A DNA stretch of 63,951 nt, counting the filler, from Nitrospinota bacterium (GTDB lineage: Bacteria; JADFOP01): assembly GCA_022562795.1 (NCBI GenBank). It is 3 parts of 3 records of this genome, joined end to end, with 100 filler letters (N's around TTAATTAATTAA, not from the genome) between each part and the next. Parts side by side here need not be neighbours in the genome. Positions count along the whole stretch, not along the records: positions 1 to 31,040 come from JADFOP010000024.1; 2 more parts are not named here. The stretch is one strand, 5' to 3'. The notes beneath the pieces were generated by a model. That model had not been told where the DNA came from, searched no databases, and worked only from the letters and a program-made list of their open reading frames with translations. A program made the position numbers and the translations under genes. Positions 9,057-20,059 of the stretch are shown piece after piece (the first letter of the stretch is position 1; every line of letters begins with the position of its first letter).

Positions 9057-12000
9057 ATGAGGAGAGGGATGACCCGACGGGAGTTTCTTCAGTGGGCTAG
9101 CGCTGCCGGCTTCGGTGCCTTCGTCGCCTCTGCCACCGACGCCTGGGGCCTTGATACGATTAAGAACCCCTTGGCGCACTATCCGAACCGCGGCTGGGAG
9201 AAGACGTATCGCGACATCTGGGACTACGACTCGCTCTTCACCTTCCTCTGCGCGCCCAACGATACGCATAACTGCATTCTAAACGCCTATGTTCGCTCTG
9301 GCGTGATGACCCGGATAGGCCCGACAATGGGCTACGGTAAAGCGACCGACCTTTACGGCAACCAGGCGAGCCACCGTTGGGACCCTCGGGTATGCCAGAA
9401 GGGGCTTGCGCTGACGCGTCGCTTCTACGGCGACCGGCGCGTGCGACACCCAATGGTCCGCGCGGGCTTCAAGCGGTGGGTGGAGGCAGGTTTCCCGCGT
9501 GGTGAGGACGGCCAGCCGCCGGCCGATTATTTCCAGCGCGGACGTGACGAGTGGGTGCGCGCCTCCCACGACGAGGCTGCGGCCATGGTCGCCTCGACCC
9601 TGAAGAACATTGCAGAGACCTACAGCGGCGAGAAGGGCGCAAGTCTGCTTCACGCCCAGGGCTATGACGAAGATATGATCGCCGCCATGAAGGGGGCCGG
9701 CACCCAGGCGCTCAAGTTCCGTGGCGGGATGCCGCTTCTTGGGATGACGCGCATCTTAGGCATGTATCGCATGGCCAACTCTTTGGCGTTGCTCGATGCC
9801 AAAATCAGGGGCGTCGGCCAGGATAAGGCTCTCGGCGGCCGTGGCTTCGATAACTACTCCTGGCACACAGACCTTCCCCCCGGACACCCAATGGTGACCG
9901 GCCAGCAGACGGTCGAGTTTGACCTAAGCGCCGTCGAGCACGCCAAGACCGCCATTGTTTGGGGCATGAACTGGATTAGCACCAAGATGCCAGACGCCCA
10001 CTGGCTGACCGAGGCGCGCCTCAAGGGGACGAAGATCGTTGTAATCGCCTGTGAGTACTCCTCCACGGCGAGCAAGGGTGACGAGGTGATAATCGTTCGT
10101 CCCGGCACGACGCCGGCGCTGGCCCTCGGACTGGCTGGCGTGCTCATACGGGAGAAACGCTACGACGCGGATTACGTCAAGAAATGGACCGACCTGCCGG
10201 TGCTGGTGCGCATGGACACTCTCAAGTACCTCCGGGCCGAGGAGGTCTTCGGCGGCGGTCCCGCACCGCTAAGGAATCAAACACGGGTCTTGCGCAAAGG
10301 TGAGAAGGCTCCTCCGCCCGGCGTTCAGCGTGAGCAGCTCATCCCCGAAGACCTCCGCAACGAGTGGGGCGACTACGTCTGGTGGGACCGCCGAACGAAA
10401 GCCCCGAAGCTCCTCACTCGAGATGAGGTTGGCAAAAAATCAGGGGTAGGCGACCCGCTCCTTGAGGGCTCCGTCAGGGTCACTCTAAAAGATGGATCGG
10501 AGGTCCGCTGCCGCCCGGTGTTCGACCTTGTGCGAGAGTATGTTGAGCATTTCGACCCCAAGACGGTGGAGGACCTCACCTGGGCCCCGGCGACGGCGGT
10601 CACATCCCTCGCCCGGCAGATTGCCAAGGAGCCCGGGACCACCCTCTTTGCGATGGGGATGGGCCCGAACCAGTTCTTTAACAACGATAATAAGGACCGC
10701 GCCGTCTTTCTCCTGGCGGCGCTGACCGGCAATGTCGGCAAGATTTCCGGAAACGTTGGCTCCTACGCGGGCAACTACCGCGTGGCCCTCTTCAACGGCC
10801 TGCCCCAGTACGTCGGCGAGAACCCCTTCGATATCGAGCTCGATCCCTCAAAGCCGGCCCGGCCCAAGAAGTTCTGGAAAGCTGAGTCAGCCCACTACTG
10901 GAACCACGAGGACAAGCCACTCCGGGTGGGCAAGCGCCTGCTGACCGGCGCCACGCACATGCCCACACCGACCAAGTCCCTCTGGTTCGCCAATGCGAAC
11001 TCCATCCTCGGCAACGTCAAGCACCACTACAACGTCGTAGTCAACGTGTTACCTAAGATGGAGATGATTTCGGTTCAGGATTGGTGGTGGACGGCCTCAT
11101 GCGAGTGGGCCGACGTCGTATTCGCGGCGGACTCCTGGGCGGAGCTCAAGCATCCCGACATGACCGCCTCGGTGACGAATCCATTCCTTACGGTCTTTCC
11201 GCGCACGCCTCTGCCGCGCGTTTTCGACACCATTGGGGACATTGAGATCTTGGCTCTCGTTGGCCGCAAGATGGCCGAGCTGACGGGGGACAATCGCTTC
11301 GACGACCACTGGCACTTCGTACGTGAGGGGCGGACCGACGTCTATCTCCAGCGGATTCTCGACCACTCCTCCAACACGAAGGGCTACCGGTTCACGGAGC
11401 TCGAGGAGAAGGCAAAGAAGGGGATACCCACCTTGATGATGAACCGGACCTACCCAAAGGCGGTGGGCTACGAACAGGCCGAGGAGTCGAGGCCCTGGTA
11501 CACCAAGACCGGACGCCTCGAGTTTTACCGCGAAGAGGACGAGTTCATCGAGGCGGGCGAGAATCTGCCGGTCCACCGCGAGCCGATCGACTCCACCTTC
11601 TACGAGCCGAACGTCATTGTCTCCGCGCCGTGTGAGGCCCTCCGGCCGGCCGGCCCGGAGGACTACGGGGTCTCTCCCGACGACCTCTCGAGCGAGACGC
11701 GCCAGGGGCGAAACGTAGTGAAATCCTGGGCCGAAATGAGCCGCTCGCACCATCCGCTGGCCAAGGACGGCTATAAGTTCATCTTCCACACGCCCAAGTT
11801 TCGCCACGGCGCCCACACCATGCCTGTCGATACCGACATGGTCGCCATGCTCTTCGGCCCCTTCGGCGACATCTATCGCCACGATAAGCGAATGCCATTT
11901 GTGGCTGAGGGTTACGTTGACATGAACCCGGACGACGCCAAGGACTTGGGGGTTGAGGACGGCGATTACGTCTGGGTTGACGCCGACCCGAGCGACAGAC

Positions 12001-12515
12001 CGTTCAGGGGTTGGCAGAAGAACAAGCGAGATTATGAGTTCTCGCGCCTGCTTTGCCGGGCCCGCTACTATCCCGGCACGCCGCGCGGGGTCACGCGCAT
12101 GTGGTTCAACATGTACGGGACTACCCCGGGCTCGAGGGAGGGGCACAAGACCCGGCCCGACGGGCTGGCGAAAAACCCGAAGACCAACTACCAGGCGATG
12201 TTCCGCTCGGGCTCACACCAGTCGGCCACTCGAGGGTGGCTGAAGCCCACTTTGATGACCGACTCGCTGGTGCGCAAGGGTGTCTTGGGCCAGGTCATCG
12301 GTAAGGGGTTCGTCCCCGACGTTCACTGTCCCACCGGCGCCCCGCGCGAGGCGTTTGTGAAAATCACCAAGGCCGAGCCGGGTGGCATCGGCGGAGAGGG
12401 CCTGTGGCGTCCCGCGAAGCTCGGCTATCGCCCTCGCTACGAAAGCAAGAAGATGAAGAAATACATCAAGGGGGCATTCATTAAGCAAGGCAAGGGCGAG
12501 GGAGGTAAAAGCTAA
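9057..12515 (+). CDS. nxrA: Periplasmic type II DMSO-reductase family alpha subunit, NXR/NarG-like (related to Nitrospira/anammox-type NxrA)
   Basis: RBS GGAGGT; Tat [15 protein letters not shown]...RVCQKG FS0 motif (C-D-C-C); [11 protein letters not shown] with Mo-ligand Asp; ~1150 aa. Direction and substrate not determinable. Confidence 0.82.
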   Translation: MRRGMTRREFLQWASAAGFGAFVASATDAWGLDTIKNPLAHYPNRGWEKTYRDIWDYDSLFTFLCAPNDTHNCILNAYVRSGVMTRIGPTMGYGKATDLYGNQASHRWDPRVCQKGLALTRRFYGDRRVRHPMVRAGFKRWVEAGFPRGEDGQPPADYFQRGRDEWVRASHDEAAAMVASTLKNIAETYSGEKGASLLHAQGYDEDMIAAMKGAGTQALKFRGGMPLLGMTRILGMYRMANSLALLDAKIRGVGQDKALGGRGFDNYSWHTDLPPGHPMVTGQQTVEFDLSAVEHAKTAIVWGMNWISTKMPDAHWLTEARLKGTKIVVIACEYSSTASKGDEVIIVRPGTTPALALGLAGVLIREKRYDADYVKKWTDLPVLVRMDTLKYLRAEEVFGGGPAPLRNQTRVLRKGEKAPPPGVQREQLIPEDLRNEWGDYVWWDRRTKAPKLLTRDEVGKKSGVGDPLLEGSVRVTLKDGSEVRCRPVFDLVREYVEHFDPKTVEDLTWAPATAVTSLARQIAKEPGTTLFAMGMGPNQFFNNDNKDRAVFLLAALTGNVGKISGNVGSYAGNYRVALFNGLPQYVGENPFDIELDPSKPARPKKFWKAESAHYWNHEDKPLRVGKRLLTGATHMPTPTKSLWFANANSILGNVKHHYNVVVNVLPKMEMISVQDWWWTASCEWADVVFAADSWAELKHPDMTASVTNPFLTVFPRTPLPRVFDTIGDIEILALVGRKMAELTGDNRFDDHWHFVREGRTDVYLQRILDHSSNTKGYRFTELEEKAKKGIPTLMMNRTYPKAVGYEQAEESRPWYTKTGRLEFYREEDEFIEAGENLPVHREPIDSTFYEPNVIVSAPCEALRPAGPEDYGVSPDDLSSETRQGRNVVKSWAEMSRSHHPLAKDGYKFIFHTPKFRHGAHTMPVDTDMVAMLFGPFGDIYRHDKRMPFVAEGYVDMNPDDAKDLGVEDGDYVWVDADPSDRPFRGWQKNKRDYEFSRLLCRARYYPGTPRGVTRMWFNMYGTTPGSREGHKTRPDGLAKNPKTNYQAMFRSGSHQSATRGWLKPTLMTDSLVRKGVLGQVIGKGFVPDVHCPTGAPREAFVKITKAEPGGIGGEGLWRPAKLGYRPRYESKKMKKYIKGAFIKQGKGEGGKS

Positions 12516-13651
12516 TGCCGAACGTTCGTAATTGGCAGATCGGGCGGGATATGCCCTATCCCTATGAGGAGGTGCGGCCAAAGAAGCAGTTCGCAGGGGT
12601 TTTTGACATCAACAAGTGCATTGCCTGCCAGACCTGTACCCTCGCCTGCAAGACCACCTGGACGTCGGGAAAGGGCCAGGAGTACATGCTCTGGAACAAC
12701 GTGGAGACGAAACCATACGGCTCTCATCCATTAGGGTGGGACGTGCGAATCCTAAACGAGCTCGGCCCCCAAGAGTGGGACGGCGACAAGTACAAGGGGC
12801 GCACCATTTTCGAGGCGGCTCCTCCCGGAGAGCAGGTGCTCGGTTGGAAACCTGAGGATCTGGATTACGCCCACCCGAACGTCGGCGAAGACGACTCCGT
12901 CGGCAAGGTCGAGAAGGGGCTACACCTTCACGCGCCCCACATGAACTGGTTCTTCTACCTGGCCAAAACGTGCATGCATTGCACCTACCCCGCTTGCCTC
13001 GCCTCCTGCCCGCGCCAATCGATCTACAAGCGGCCCGAGGACGGCATCGTCTTGATAGACCAGGACCGTTGTCGAGGCTACCGAGAGTGCGTGAAGGGCT
13101 GCCCGTACAAGAAGGCCTACTACAACCCGATGACGGGGACCTCCGAGAAGTGCATTGGCTGCTATCCCAAGCACGATGTGAGTGGGCCAAAGGAGGCGCC
13201 GCAGTGCTTCGTCACCTGCATCGGGAAGATTCGGTGTGCCGGCTGGATCTCGCGGCCGGAGAAGGCTCGGGAAGACAACCCCATCGACTACCTCGTCCAC
13301 TTCCGCAAGGTCGCACTTCCGCTTTACCCCCAGTTCGGTCTCGAGCCGAACATGTACTACATCCCCCCGATTCACGTTCCCAAGCCCTTCTTGCGCCAGA
13401 TGTTCGGCCCGGGAGTTGACCACGCCATCGAAACCTACCGTAAGATACCCGACGACAAAGACCTGGCCGGCCTGCTGACGCTCTTCGGCTCCACTCCCCT
13501 GGTTTTCCCGCGGTGGAGGCGGAAGGGGGACACGGTCTTCGGGCTCGACGAGGACGGCAGCGAGATCGTGCGGGTGCCGATCACCGAGCCGGTCCACATC
13601 CGGGTCGCCTTTGATGCGACCCACGGTGTGGTGCGGACTAATATCCCATGA
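12515..13651 (+). CDS. nxrB: Fe-S beta subunit (NxrB/NarH-like)
   Basis: MPNV.NWQIGR.M.YPYEE N-terminus; [45 protein letters not shown]...CFVTC. Confidence 0.88.
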   Translation: MPNVRNWQIGRDMPYPYEEVRPKKQFAGVFDINKCIACQTCTLACKTTWTSGKGQEYMLWNNVETKPYGSHPLGWDVRILNELGPQEWDGDKYKGRTIFEAAPPGEQVLGWKPEDLDYAHPNVGEDDSVGKVEKGLHLHAPHMNWFFYLAKTCMHCTYPACLASCPRQSIYKRPEDGIVLIDQDRCRGYRECVKGCPYKKAYYNPMTGTSEKCIGCYPKHDVSGPKEAPQCFVTCIGKIRCAGWISRPEKAREDNPIDYLVHFRKVALPLYPQFGLEPNMYYIPPIHVPKPFLRQMFGPGVDHAIETYRKIPDDKDLAGLLTLFGSTPLVFPRWRRKGDTVFGLDEDGSEIVRVPITEPVHIRVAFDATHGVVRTNIP

Positions 13652-13664
13652 GGAGGCTGACGCC

Positions 13665-14528
13665 ATGCGACGATTAACCTGTCCTGTCGCCCTTCTGGTG
13701 CTTCTAGTTACGGTTGGGGCGCCCTTCGCCGTCGCTACACCCGAGGCTGCCGCCGAGGTAGTCGCCCTCCGGCGCGGTGTCCTTCCGGCCGATCCCGGTG
13801 ATGTCGCCTGGCGCAAGGCTCCAATGCATGTGGCGCCCCTAGTCCCGCAAAATCTGGTCGCGCCGAGGCTGATGGAGCCCTCGACCAAGGAGGTCCGGGT
13901 GCAAGCGATGACCGATGGAAACCGGGTTGCGTTCCGGCTCGCCTGGGCTGATTCGACTAATGACGACCTCCCTGGAGCAAAGCGCTTTACCGACGCCTGT
14001 GCCGTTATGCTTCCGCAGGACGCCATGGCCCCGGTCCCCTCTCCCATGATGGGCGCTGCCGGGACCCCGGTCGAAATAACCTACTGGTCGGCCTTCTGGC
14101 AGGCGGCGCTTGATGGTCGTGGCGATACGATCAAGGACATCTACCCCGGCGCGGCGGTGGACCACTATCCCTTCGAGGCCCCCTCGCTGAAGCCGGGCTC
14201 GAAAGAGCAGAGGGCGATGGCGATGAGATACGCTCCGGCCCGCGCCCTCGGCAATCGCCGGGTAGGGCCGCGTGAACGCCCGGTCGAGGACCTTGTGGCC
14301 GGGGGGCCGGGAACCATTACCCGGGCGGGTACGACCAAGTCCAACGGCCACGGTAGCCGGACCGAGGAAGGCTGGGCGGTCGTCATCTCCCGTCCCCTAA
14401 CGAAGGGCCTTCGCCCCGGGAGCCAGTCGCATGTTCAATTTGCCGTTTGGAATGGGTCTCATGGCGAGGTGGGCTCGCGCAAGATGTGGTCGGGCTGGAT
14501 TCCTCTACGCATCAAGGAGGATAGGTAG
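13665..14528 (+). CDS. Periplasmic heme-b gamma subunit (ethylbenzene dehydrogenase gamma/DOMON-like)
   Basis: RBS GAGGAGG, Sec signal, F.DA.AV..P, P.PMMG, FAVWNG...E.G.RK; position after alpha and beta. Confidence 0.8.
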   Translation: MRRLTCPVALLVLLVTVGAPFAVATPEAAAEVVALRRGVLPADPGDVAWRKAPMHVAPLVPQNLVAPRLMEPSTKEVRVQAMTDGNRVAFRLAWADSTNDDLPGAKRFTDACAVMLPQDAMAPVPSPMMGAAGTPVEITYWSAFWQAALDGRGDTIKDIYPGAAVDHYPFEAPSLKPGSKEQRAMAMRYAPARALGNRRVGPRERPVEDLVAGGPGTITRAGTTKSNGHGSRTEEGWAVVISRPLTKGLRPGSQSHVQFAVWNGSHGEVGSRKMWSGWIPLRIKEDR

Positions 14529-14530
14529 CC

Positions 14531-15127
14531 ATGGCTCGCCCTGACGCTCCGGAGGTTCAGGAATTCTTGGCTGAGGCGGCGGAGTGGCGCCTTATAGGTC
14601 TGCTGTTGGAGCGTCCTCGCTCCGGTTGGGAGGACGAGGTTAAGAGCCTTGGCAGCGAAGTGCTGGACGAGCCTCTTCGGGCGGCGGCCGAAGCTGCCCG
14701 GGAGGCCACCGAGGGAACCTACCTGGGCCTTCTGGGGCCGGGCGGCTTCGTCTCCCCCCGTGAGGTCGCCTACCGTCCCCAGGAGGACCCCGGTAAGATC
14801 ATGTCTGACCTGGCGGCTTTTTACGAAGCTTTCGCCTTCTCCCCCAAGGCCGAGGACCCGCTCGACCACATTGCGGTGGAGGCGGGCTTCGCTGGCTACC
14901 TCCGGTTGAAGGAATTATATGCCTTGGCGCGAAGAGATGAGAAGGGGGCCGCCACGACCGCCGAAGCACACCGCCACTTTCTGGAGGAGCACCTGGGAAC
15001 CTTCGTCGAGCCCTTTGCCCAAGGCCTGGAGCCTTCCGGGGTTTCCTACCTCGTTGCAGCCGCGCGTGGGCTCCTCGAACGAGTAAAGAAATCTTTGGAC
15101 GAAACGGCCGGCGTCTCCGAGCCATAA
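14531..15127 (+). CDS. TorD/DmsD-family molybdoenzyme maturation chaperone
   Basis: FYEAFAF...[13 protein letters not shown] and FLEEHL motifs. Confidence 0.85.
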   Translation: MARPDAPEVQEFLAEAAEWRLIGLLLERPRSGWEDEVKSLGSEVLDEPLRAAAEAAREATEGTYLGLLGPGGFVSPREVAYRPQEDPGKIMSDLAAFYEAFAFSPKAEDPLDHIAVEAGFAGYLRLKELYALARRDEKGAATTAEAHRHFLEEHLGTFVEPFAQGLEPSGVSYLVAAARGLLERVKKSLDETAGVSEP

Positions 15128-15198
15128 GACGCCGCTCTGGGTCTATTATGGTCAATATGGATCATCAAGAACCTGTACCCCGCATGAAAGCGATCGAC

Positions 15199-16410
15199 AT
15201 GAATCTGCCCATTTACATGGACAATAACGCCACAACGCCTGTCGACGGGCGGGTCCTGGAGGCGATGCTTCCCTACTTTTGCGAGGAGTACGGTAACGCC
15301 GCAAGCCGAAACCATTCATTTGGTTGGCGGGCTGAGGAGGCCGTAGGGCGGGCCAGGGAGCAGGTCGCCCGGCTGATAGGAGCCAAGCCCAGGGAAATTA
15401 TCTTCACGAGCGGGGCGACCGAGAGCGACAACCTCGCTTTGAAGGGCGTGGCCGAGATGTATCGGGAGAAGGGCGATCACATCATCACCCAGGTGACCGA
15501 GCATAAAGCGGTGCTAGATTCGGCCAAGCGTCTCGAGCGGCAGGGCTTCGAGGTCACCTATCTGCCGGTCGACCGAGACGGGCTGGTAGACCCGGACGAC
15601 GTGCGGCGTGCGCTCAGGGAGACGACGATTCTCATCTCCATCATGGCTGCCAATAACGAGATTGGGGTGGTGCAGCCGTTGGAGGAGATCAGCCGTATCG
15701 CGAAGGAGCGTGGAGTGCTGTTTCACAGCGACGCGGCCCAGGCCGCAGGCAAGGTGCCGGTGGACGTGGAAGCCTGGGGGGTGGATCTTGTGAGTCTGAG
15801 CGCCCACAAGATGTATGGGCCTAAGGGGGTGGGCGCGCTCTACGTTCGGCGTCGAAACCCCCGGGTACGGCTCTCCCCGATGATGGACGGCGGCGGCCAC
15901 GAGCGTGGCATGCGTAGCGGTACCCTCGACGTTCCGGGCATAGTTGGGTTCGGAGCGGCTTGCGAGCTGGCTTACCGGGAGATGGAAGCGGAGGCCGAGC
16001 GACTTCGGTTCCTCAGGGACCGGCTGGAAGGGGGCATCCTGTCCCACGTAGAGGAGGTCTACCGTAACGGCCATGCCGAGCGGCGCCTGCCGGGCACGAG
16101 CAACCTCTCGTTCGCCTACGTGGAGGGCGAAAGCCTGATGATGGGCCTCAACGAGATTGCCGTCTCCAGCGGCAGCGCCTGTACCTCGGCCATCCTCGAG
16201 CCCTCGCACGTCCTGAGGGCGCTCGGAGTGGGCGAGGAGCTAGCCCATTCCTCCATCCGTTTCAGCCTCGGTCGGTTCAACACCGAAGAGGAGGTCGATT
16301 ACGTCATTCAGCGAGTTAAGGAAACAGTGGAGCGGCTCCGAGAGATGTCGCCCCTCTACGAGATGGTCAAAGAGGGGATCGACCTCTCGAGCGTTCAGTG
16401 GCAGACCTGA
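15199..16410 (+). CDS. iscS: Cysteine desulfurase IscS (start may be 15148 or 15184)
   Basis: [19 protein letters not shown] (PLP Lys), SSGSACTS. Confidence 0.97.
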   Translation: MNLPIYMDNNATTPVDGRVLEAMLPYFCEEYGNAASRNHSFGWRAEEAVGRAREQVARLIGAKPREIIFTSGATESDNLALKGVAEMYREKGDHIITQVTEHKAVLDSAKRLERQGFEVTYLPVDRDGLVDPDDVRRALRETTILISIMAANNEIGVVQPLEEISRIAKERGVLFHSDAAQAAGKVPVDVEAWGVDLVSLSAHKMYGPKGVGALYVRRRNPRVRLSPMMDGGGHERGMRSGTLDVPGIVGFGAACELAYREMEAEAERLRFLRDRLEGGILSHVEEVYRNGHAERRLPGTSNLSFAYVEGESLMMGLNEIAVSSGSACTSAILEPSHVLRALGVGEELAHSSIRFSLGRFNTEEEVDYVIQRVKETVERLREMSPLYEMVKEGIDLSSVQWQT

Positions 16411-16434
16411 GGCAGGCAAGGCGGGAACGCAATC

Positions 16435-16857
16435 ATGGCATACAGCGACAAGGTCATCGACCACTACAAAAACCCCCGCAATGTAGGCTCTTTCCCAAAG
16501 GAGGAGCTCGGCGTGGGGACGGGTATCGTCGGGGCCCCAGAGTGTGGCGATGTGATGAAGCTCCAGATCAAGGTCAACGAAGAGACCGAGGTCATCGAAG
16601 AGGCCCTGTTTAAGACCTTCGGTTGCGGCAGCGCCATCGCCTCCTCAAGCCTGGTGACCGAGTGGGTCAAGGGCAAGAGCATCGAGGAAGCTCTCAGTAT
16701 CAAGAACACGCAAATCGTCAACGAGCTGAGCCTTCCGCCGGTCAAGATTCACTGCTCTGTTCTTGCCGAAGACGCCATTAAGGCCGCCATTGCTGATTAC
16801 AAGAAGAAGATCGATCAGGCAGGCAACGAAGCTCATGGCCACCATCGAGACCAATAA
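16435..16857 (+). CDS. iscU: Fe-S scaffold IscU
   Basis: MAYSDKVIDHY.NPRNVG, GAPECGD, FGCGSA, LPPVKIHCS. Confidence 0.97.
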   Translation: MAYSDKVIDHYKNPRNVGSFPKEELGVGTGIVGAPECGDVMKLQIKVNEETEVIEEALFKTFGCGSAIASSSLVTEWVKGKSIEEALSIKNTQIVNELSLPPVKIHCSVLAEDAIKAAIADYKKKIDQAGNEAHGHHRDQ

Positions 16858-17545
16858 GCACACGGATCACCTCTGCTGGTCCTGTTACCAACCCACCGGA
16901 GGGAAACCCTTCTGCCCCGACTGCTTTAAGGTCCAGTTTCATCAGCCCAAGGCCGATTACTTCAGCATCTTGGGGCTGGATGCGAGAAGAATGAGTCTGG
17001 AGCCGGAGAGGCTGGAGGAGGCCTTCTACGCGCTGAGCCGACGTGTTCACCCGGACCACTATCAGAGCCGCAACCCAACGGAACGCCGGATTGTCGAAGA
17101 ATGCGCGGCCTTGGTCAACGTCGCTTACCGCACTTTGCGAGACCCCATCGCCCGAACGGAATACCTCCTTGAACTGGAGACAGGCTCCCCGCAGGAGCAC
17201 CGGGACCAGCCGCCGGCAGAGCTCCTTAGTCAGCTGATGGAAATCGAGGAGATAGTGGAGGCCTACCAAGGTTCGGGAGGAGCCGAACGAGGGGCCCTGA
17301 AAGACTCTCTAAAGGAGGTTCACCGCTCCCTTGAGGCCCGCCGGGAGGCAACAGAGACCGAGCTCCACGAGACCTTCGAACTCTGGGACCGTCTCGTGCT
17401 GGAAGAAGGCTCAGAAGAGCCCAAGGCCTCATTGCTCAAGCGCTTACGGGAGCTTCTTCATCATCGTAGTTATCTCACAACGACCATCCGGGACATCTCG
17501 GCTGCTCTCGCCGGTGACCCGCGCCCGGAGCCCGAGGTGGACTGA
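16835..17545 (+). CDS. hscB: Co-chaperone HscB with N-terminal tetra-Cys motif
   Basis: CWSC...CPDC, J-domain HPD, VNVAYRTLRDPIAR.EYLL. Confidence 0.92.
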   Translation: MATIETNKHTDHLCWSCYQPTGGKPFCPDCFKVQFHQPKADYFSILGLDARRMSLEPERLEEAFYALSRRVHPDHYQSRNPTERRIVEECAALVNVAYRTLRDPIARTEYLLELETGSPQEHRDQPPAELLSQLMEIEEIVEAYQGSGGAERGALKDSLKEVHRSLEARREATETELHETFELWDRLVLEEGSEEPKASLLKRLRELLHHRSYLTTTIRDISAALAGDPRPEPEVD

Positions 17546-17551
17546 CCCGCT

Positions 17552-19828
17552 ATGAGTCGCGTCGTCGGAATCGACCTGGGAACCTCCAACAGCCTTGTGG
17601 CCTATATGGATGGTGGCGGGCCTCGCGTTATCGCCGGGCCCGACGGAAGCAAGCTTGTCCCCTCGGTCATCAGCTTTGATGACGGCCAGGCCGTCATTGG
17701 CGAGCAAGCGAGGGCCAGACGCATCACCCGGGTGGACTCCACCGTCTACTCGGTAAAGCGCTTCATGGGCAAGGGGATCGAAGATCTTTCCGCTGAGCTC
17801 GCCTACCTTCCATTTCAGCTTACCGGCAACGAGCGCGAGATTGTCCAGATCAAAGTGGCCGGGAGGGACTACACTCCTATGGAGCTTTCGGCACTGATTC
17901 TTCGGGAGCTCAAGGGCCGAGCCGAGGCCTTCTTCGGCGGGCCGGTTACCAAGGCGGTCATCACCGTCCCAGCTTACTTCCACGACGTCCAGCGGCAGGC
18001 AACCAAGGACGCCGGCAAGCTCGCCGGCCTGGAGGTCTTGCGCATTGTCAACGAGCCCACGGCGGCCTGTCTGGCCTACGGGCTCGACAAGCGCCAAGAC
18101 GGTATCGTAGCCGTCTACGACCTTGGCGGGGGCACCTTCGACATCTCCATCCTCAAGCTCAAGGACGGCATATTCGAGGTGCTCTCAACCAGCGGGGATA
18201 CGATGCTCGGCGGCGACGACCTCGACCACAGGCTCATGGAGCTCATCCTCAATGAGGTTGAGGCTGCCGGTGGCCAGGGCCTCCGCAGTCGGCCGGAGGT
18301 CCTCGAGCGGGTTCGGGCGGCTGCCGAGGAGGCTAAAGTGGCCCTGTCCGAGGCCGAAGAGACATGGATTGTTATCGAGGGCGAAGGGCTAGGGAGCGAC
18401 CTCGACTACCGCCGGCTCCTTACACGGGAAGAATTTGAGGCTCTTGTGGGCGACCTCGTTCAAAAAACCGTTCGCCCCTGCCTCCAGGCTTTGGAGGATG
18501 CCCGTCTCACACCTGAGGAAATTGATGAGGTCCTCCTTGTGGGAGGCTCCACACGGGTGCCAATGGTGCGCCGGGTTGTGGCAGAGACCTTCTCTCGAGA
18601 ACCCCACAGCGAGCTGAACCCGGAGGAGGTCGTCGCTCTGGGGGCGGCCATTCAGGCCGACATCCTGGCGGGGAACAACCAAGAGCTGCTCCTGCTCGAC
18701 ATTACACCTCTGTCGCTCGGCATCGAGACCATGGGCGGCGTGGTGAGTACGCTCATCCCCCGAAATACTACAATTCCCACGCGGGCGACCGAGGTCTTCA
18801 CCACCTTCGTTGACGGCCAGGTCAACGTCGAGATTAACGTGCTCCAGGGCGAGCGGGAGCTGGCCCAGGACTGCCGAAGCCTAGCCTGCTTCACGCTCAC
18901 CGGCATCGAGCCTCAGCCAGCGGGTATACCTCGCATCAAAGTGACCTTTCTCATCGATGCCAACGGTATTCTCAACGTCACGGCACACGATCAGCGGAGC
19001 GGCAAAGCCCAAACGGTGGAGGTTTCCCCTTCCTACGGGCTCGCCGAAGACGAGGTGGAGAGGATGCTCAGGGATAGCATAGAGCACGCTGAAGCCGACG
19101 TCTCCACCAGGCTGCTCATCGAGACCCGCAGCGAGGCCGACATAATCCTCAATGCCACGGCAAGGGCCCTGGCCACTGATGAGGTTGAGATTCCGGCCGA
19201 GGAGCGCTCGGCCATCGAAGAGGCCGTTTCACGGCTGGAAGAGGCAAAGGGCGGCCTCGACCACCATCGGCTGAGGGACGAGATTGAACGGCTCAACGCC
19301 GCGACCAGGCCACTGGCTGAGCGCATCATGGGTGCGGCTCTCGAGGCGGCCCTGAAGGATCGTCCCTTCTCCGAGATTCTCGACTCTCAGGATGCGCTGA
19401 CCATGCCAAAGGTGACGTTCCTGCCGGACAACGAGACGGTCGAGGTGGAGGAGGGCTCCTCCATCCTCGATGCTGCGCTTGATAACGACCTCTGGCTGGA
19501 CCACAACTGCGGTGGTTGCTGCGCCTGCACAACCTGCCACGTGATCGTCAAGGCCGGAGAAGACAGCCTCTCGGAGATGGAGGAGGATGAAGACGTCCGG
19601 CTGGATGGCGCTGAAGGGCTCACCCTGGCCTCCAGGCTGGGCTGCCAGGCCCGGATATTCGGAGACGTGGTGTTGGAAATTCCCGCCCCACCGGGAGCGG
19701 TCCGCATTGTGGATAAGGCTCAGCTCGCGGCCGGCCAAATCGACGAGGAGACCTACAAGGAGCGCTTCAAATCCACAGAGCTAGCTCGCGGCAGGGAAGG
19801 CAGCAAGACAGGGGAGACGAGACGATGA
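17552..19828 (+). CDS. hscA: HscA chaperone fused in-frame to ISC-type [2Fe-2S] ferredoxin
   Basis: [28 protein letters not shown]. From 19403: MPKVTFLP...[13 protein letters not shown]...SRLGCQ, with no intervening stop. Confidence 0.92.
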   Translation: MSRVVGIDLGTSNSLVAYMDGGGPRVIAGPDGSKLVPSVISFDDGQAVIGEQARARRITRVDSTVYSVKRFMGKGIEDLSAELAYLPFQLTGNEREIVQIKVAGRDYTPMELSALILRELKGRAEAFFGGPVTKAVITVPAYFHDVQRQATKDAGKLAGLEVLRIVNEPTAACLAYGLDKRQDGIVAVYDLGGGTFDISILKLKDGIFEVLSTSGDTMLGGDDLDHRLMELILNEVEAAGGQGLRSRPEVLERVRAAAEEAKVALSEAEETWIVIEGEGLGSDLDYRRLLTREEFEALVGDLVQKTVRPCLQALEDARLTPEEIDEVLLVGGSTRVPMVRRVVAETFSREPHSELNPEEVVALGAAIQADILAGNNQELLLLDITPLSLGIETMGGVVSTLIPRNTTIPTRATEVFTTFVDGQVNVEINVLQGERELAQDCRSLACFTLTGIEPQPAGIPRIKVTFLIDANGILNVTAHDQRSGKAQTVEVSPSYGLAEDEVERMLRDSIEHAEADVSTRLLIETRSEADIILNATARALATDEVEIPAEERSAIEEAVSRLEEAKGGLDHHRLRDEIERLNAATRPLAERIMGAALEAALKDRPFSEILDSQDALTMPKVTFLPDNETVEVEEGSSILDAALDNDLWLDHNCGGCCACTTCHVIVKAGEDSLSEMEEDEDVRLDGAEGLTLASRLGCQARIFGDVVLEIPAPPGAVRIVDKAQLAAGQIDEETYKERFKSTELARGREGSKTGETRR

Positions 19829-20043
19829 AACTCTACTGGCAAGACGCCGAAGAAATTGCCATCGAGCTTCACGAAAAATTCCCCGAGGTTGATCCTCTGG
19901 ACGTGCGCTTCACCGACCTCCACCGCTGGGTCTGCGAGCTTCCAGACTTTGAAGACAAGCCCAGTAAGAGCACCGAGGGCATCCTTGAGGCCATCCAGAT
20001 GGCCTGGTGGGAAGAGTGGAAGGAGGCCCAAGTGGGCCGGTAG
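19825..20043 (+). CDS. iscX: Fe-S assembly protein IscX (YfhJ)
   Basis: LYWQD..EIAIEL....P.VDP..VRFTDLHRWV..L.DF.D.P..S.E.ILEAIQ.AW. Confidence 0.93.
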   Translation: MKLYWQDAEEIAIELHEKFPEVDPLDVRFTDLHRWVCELPDFEDKPSKSTEGILEAIQMAWWEEWKEAQVGR

Positions 20044-20059
20044 GAGGAGGAACCAGCCC

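Noticed and set aside
9057-13651. Proof that the host is a nitrite oxidiser
   Set aside because: Reaction direction cannot be read from sequence, and the enzyme diverges from canonical NXR motifs.
11097-14047. Long antisense ORFs (11097-12146, 12920-14047) and similar shadow ORFs throughout
   Set aside because: They lie opposite well-supported genes in GC-rich DNA and show no motifs.
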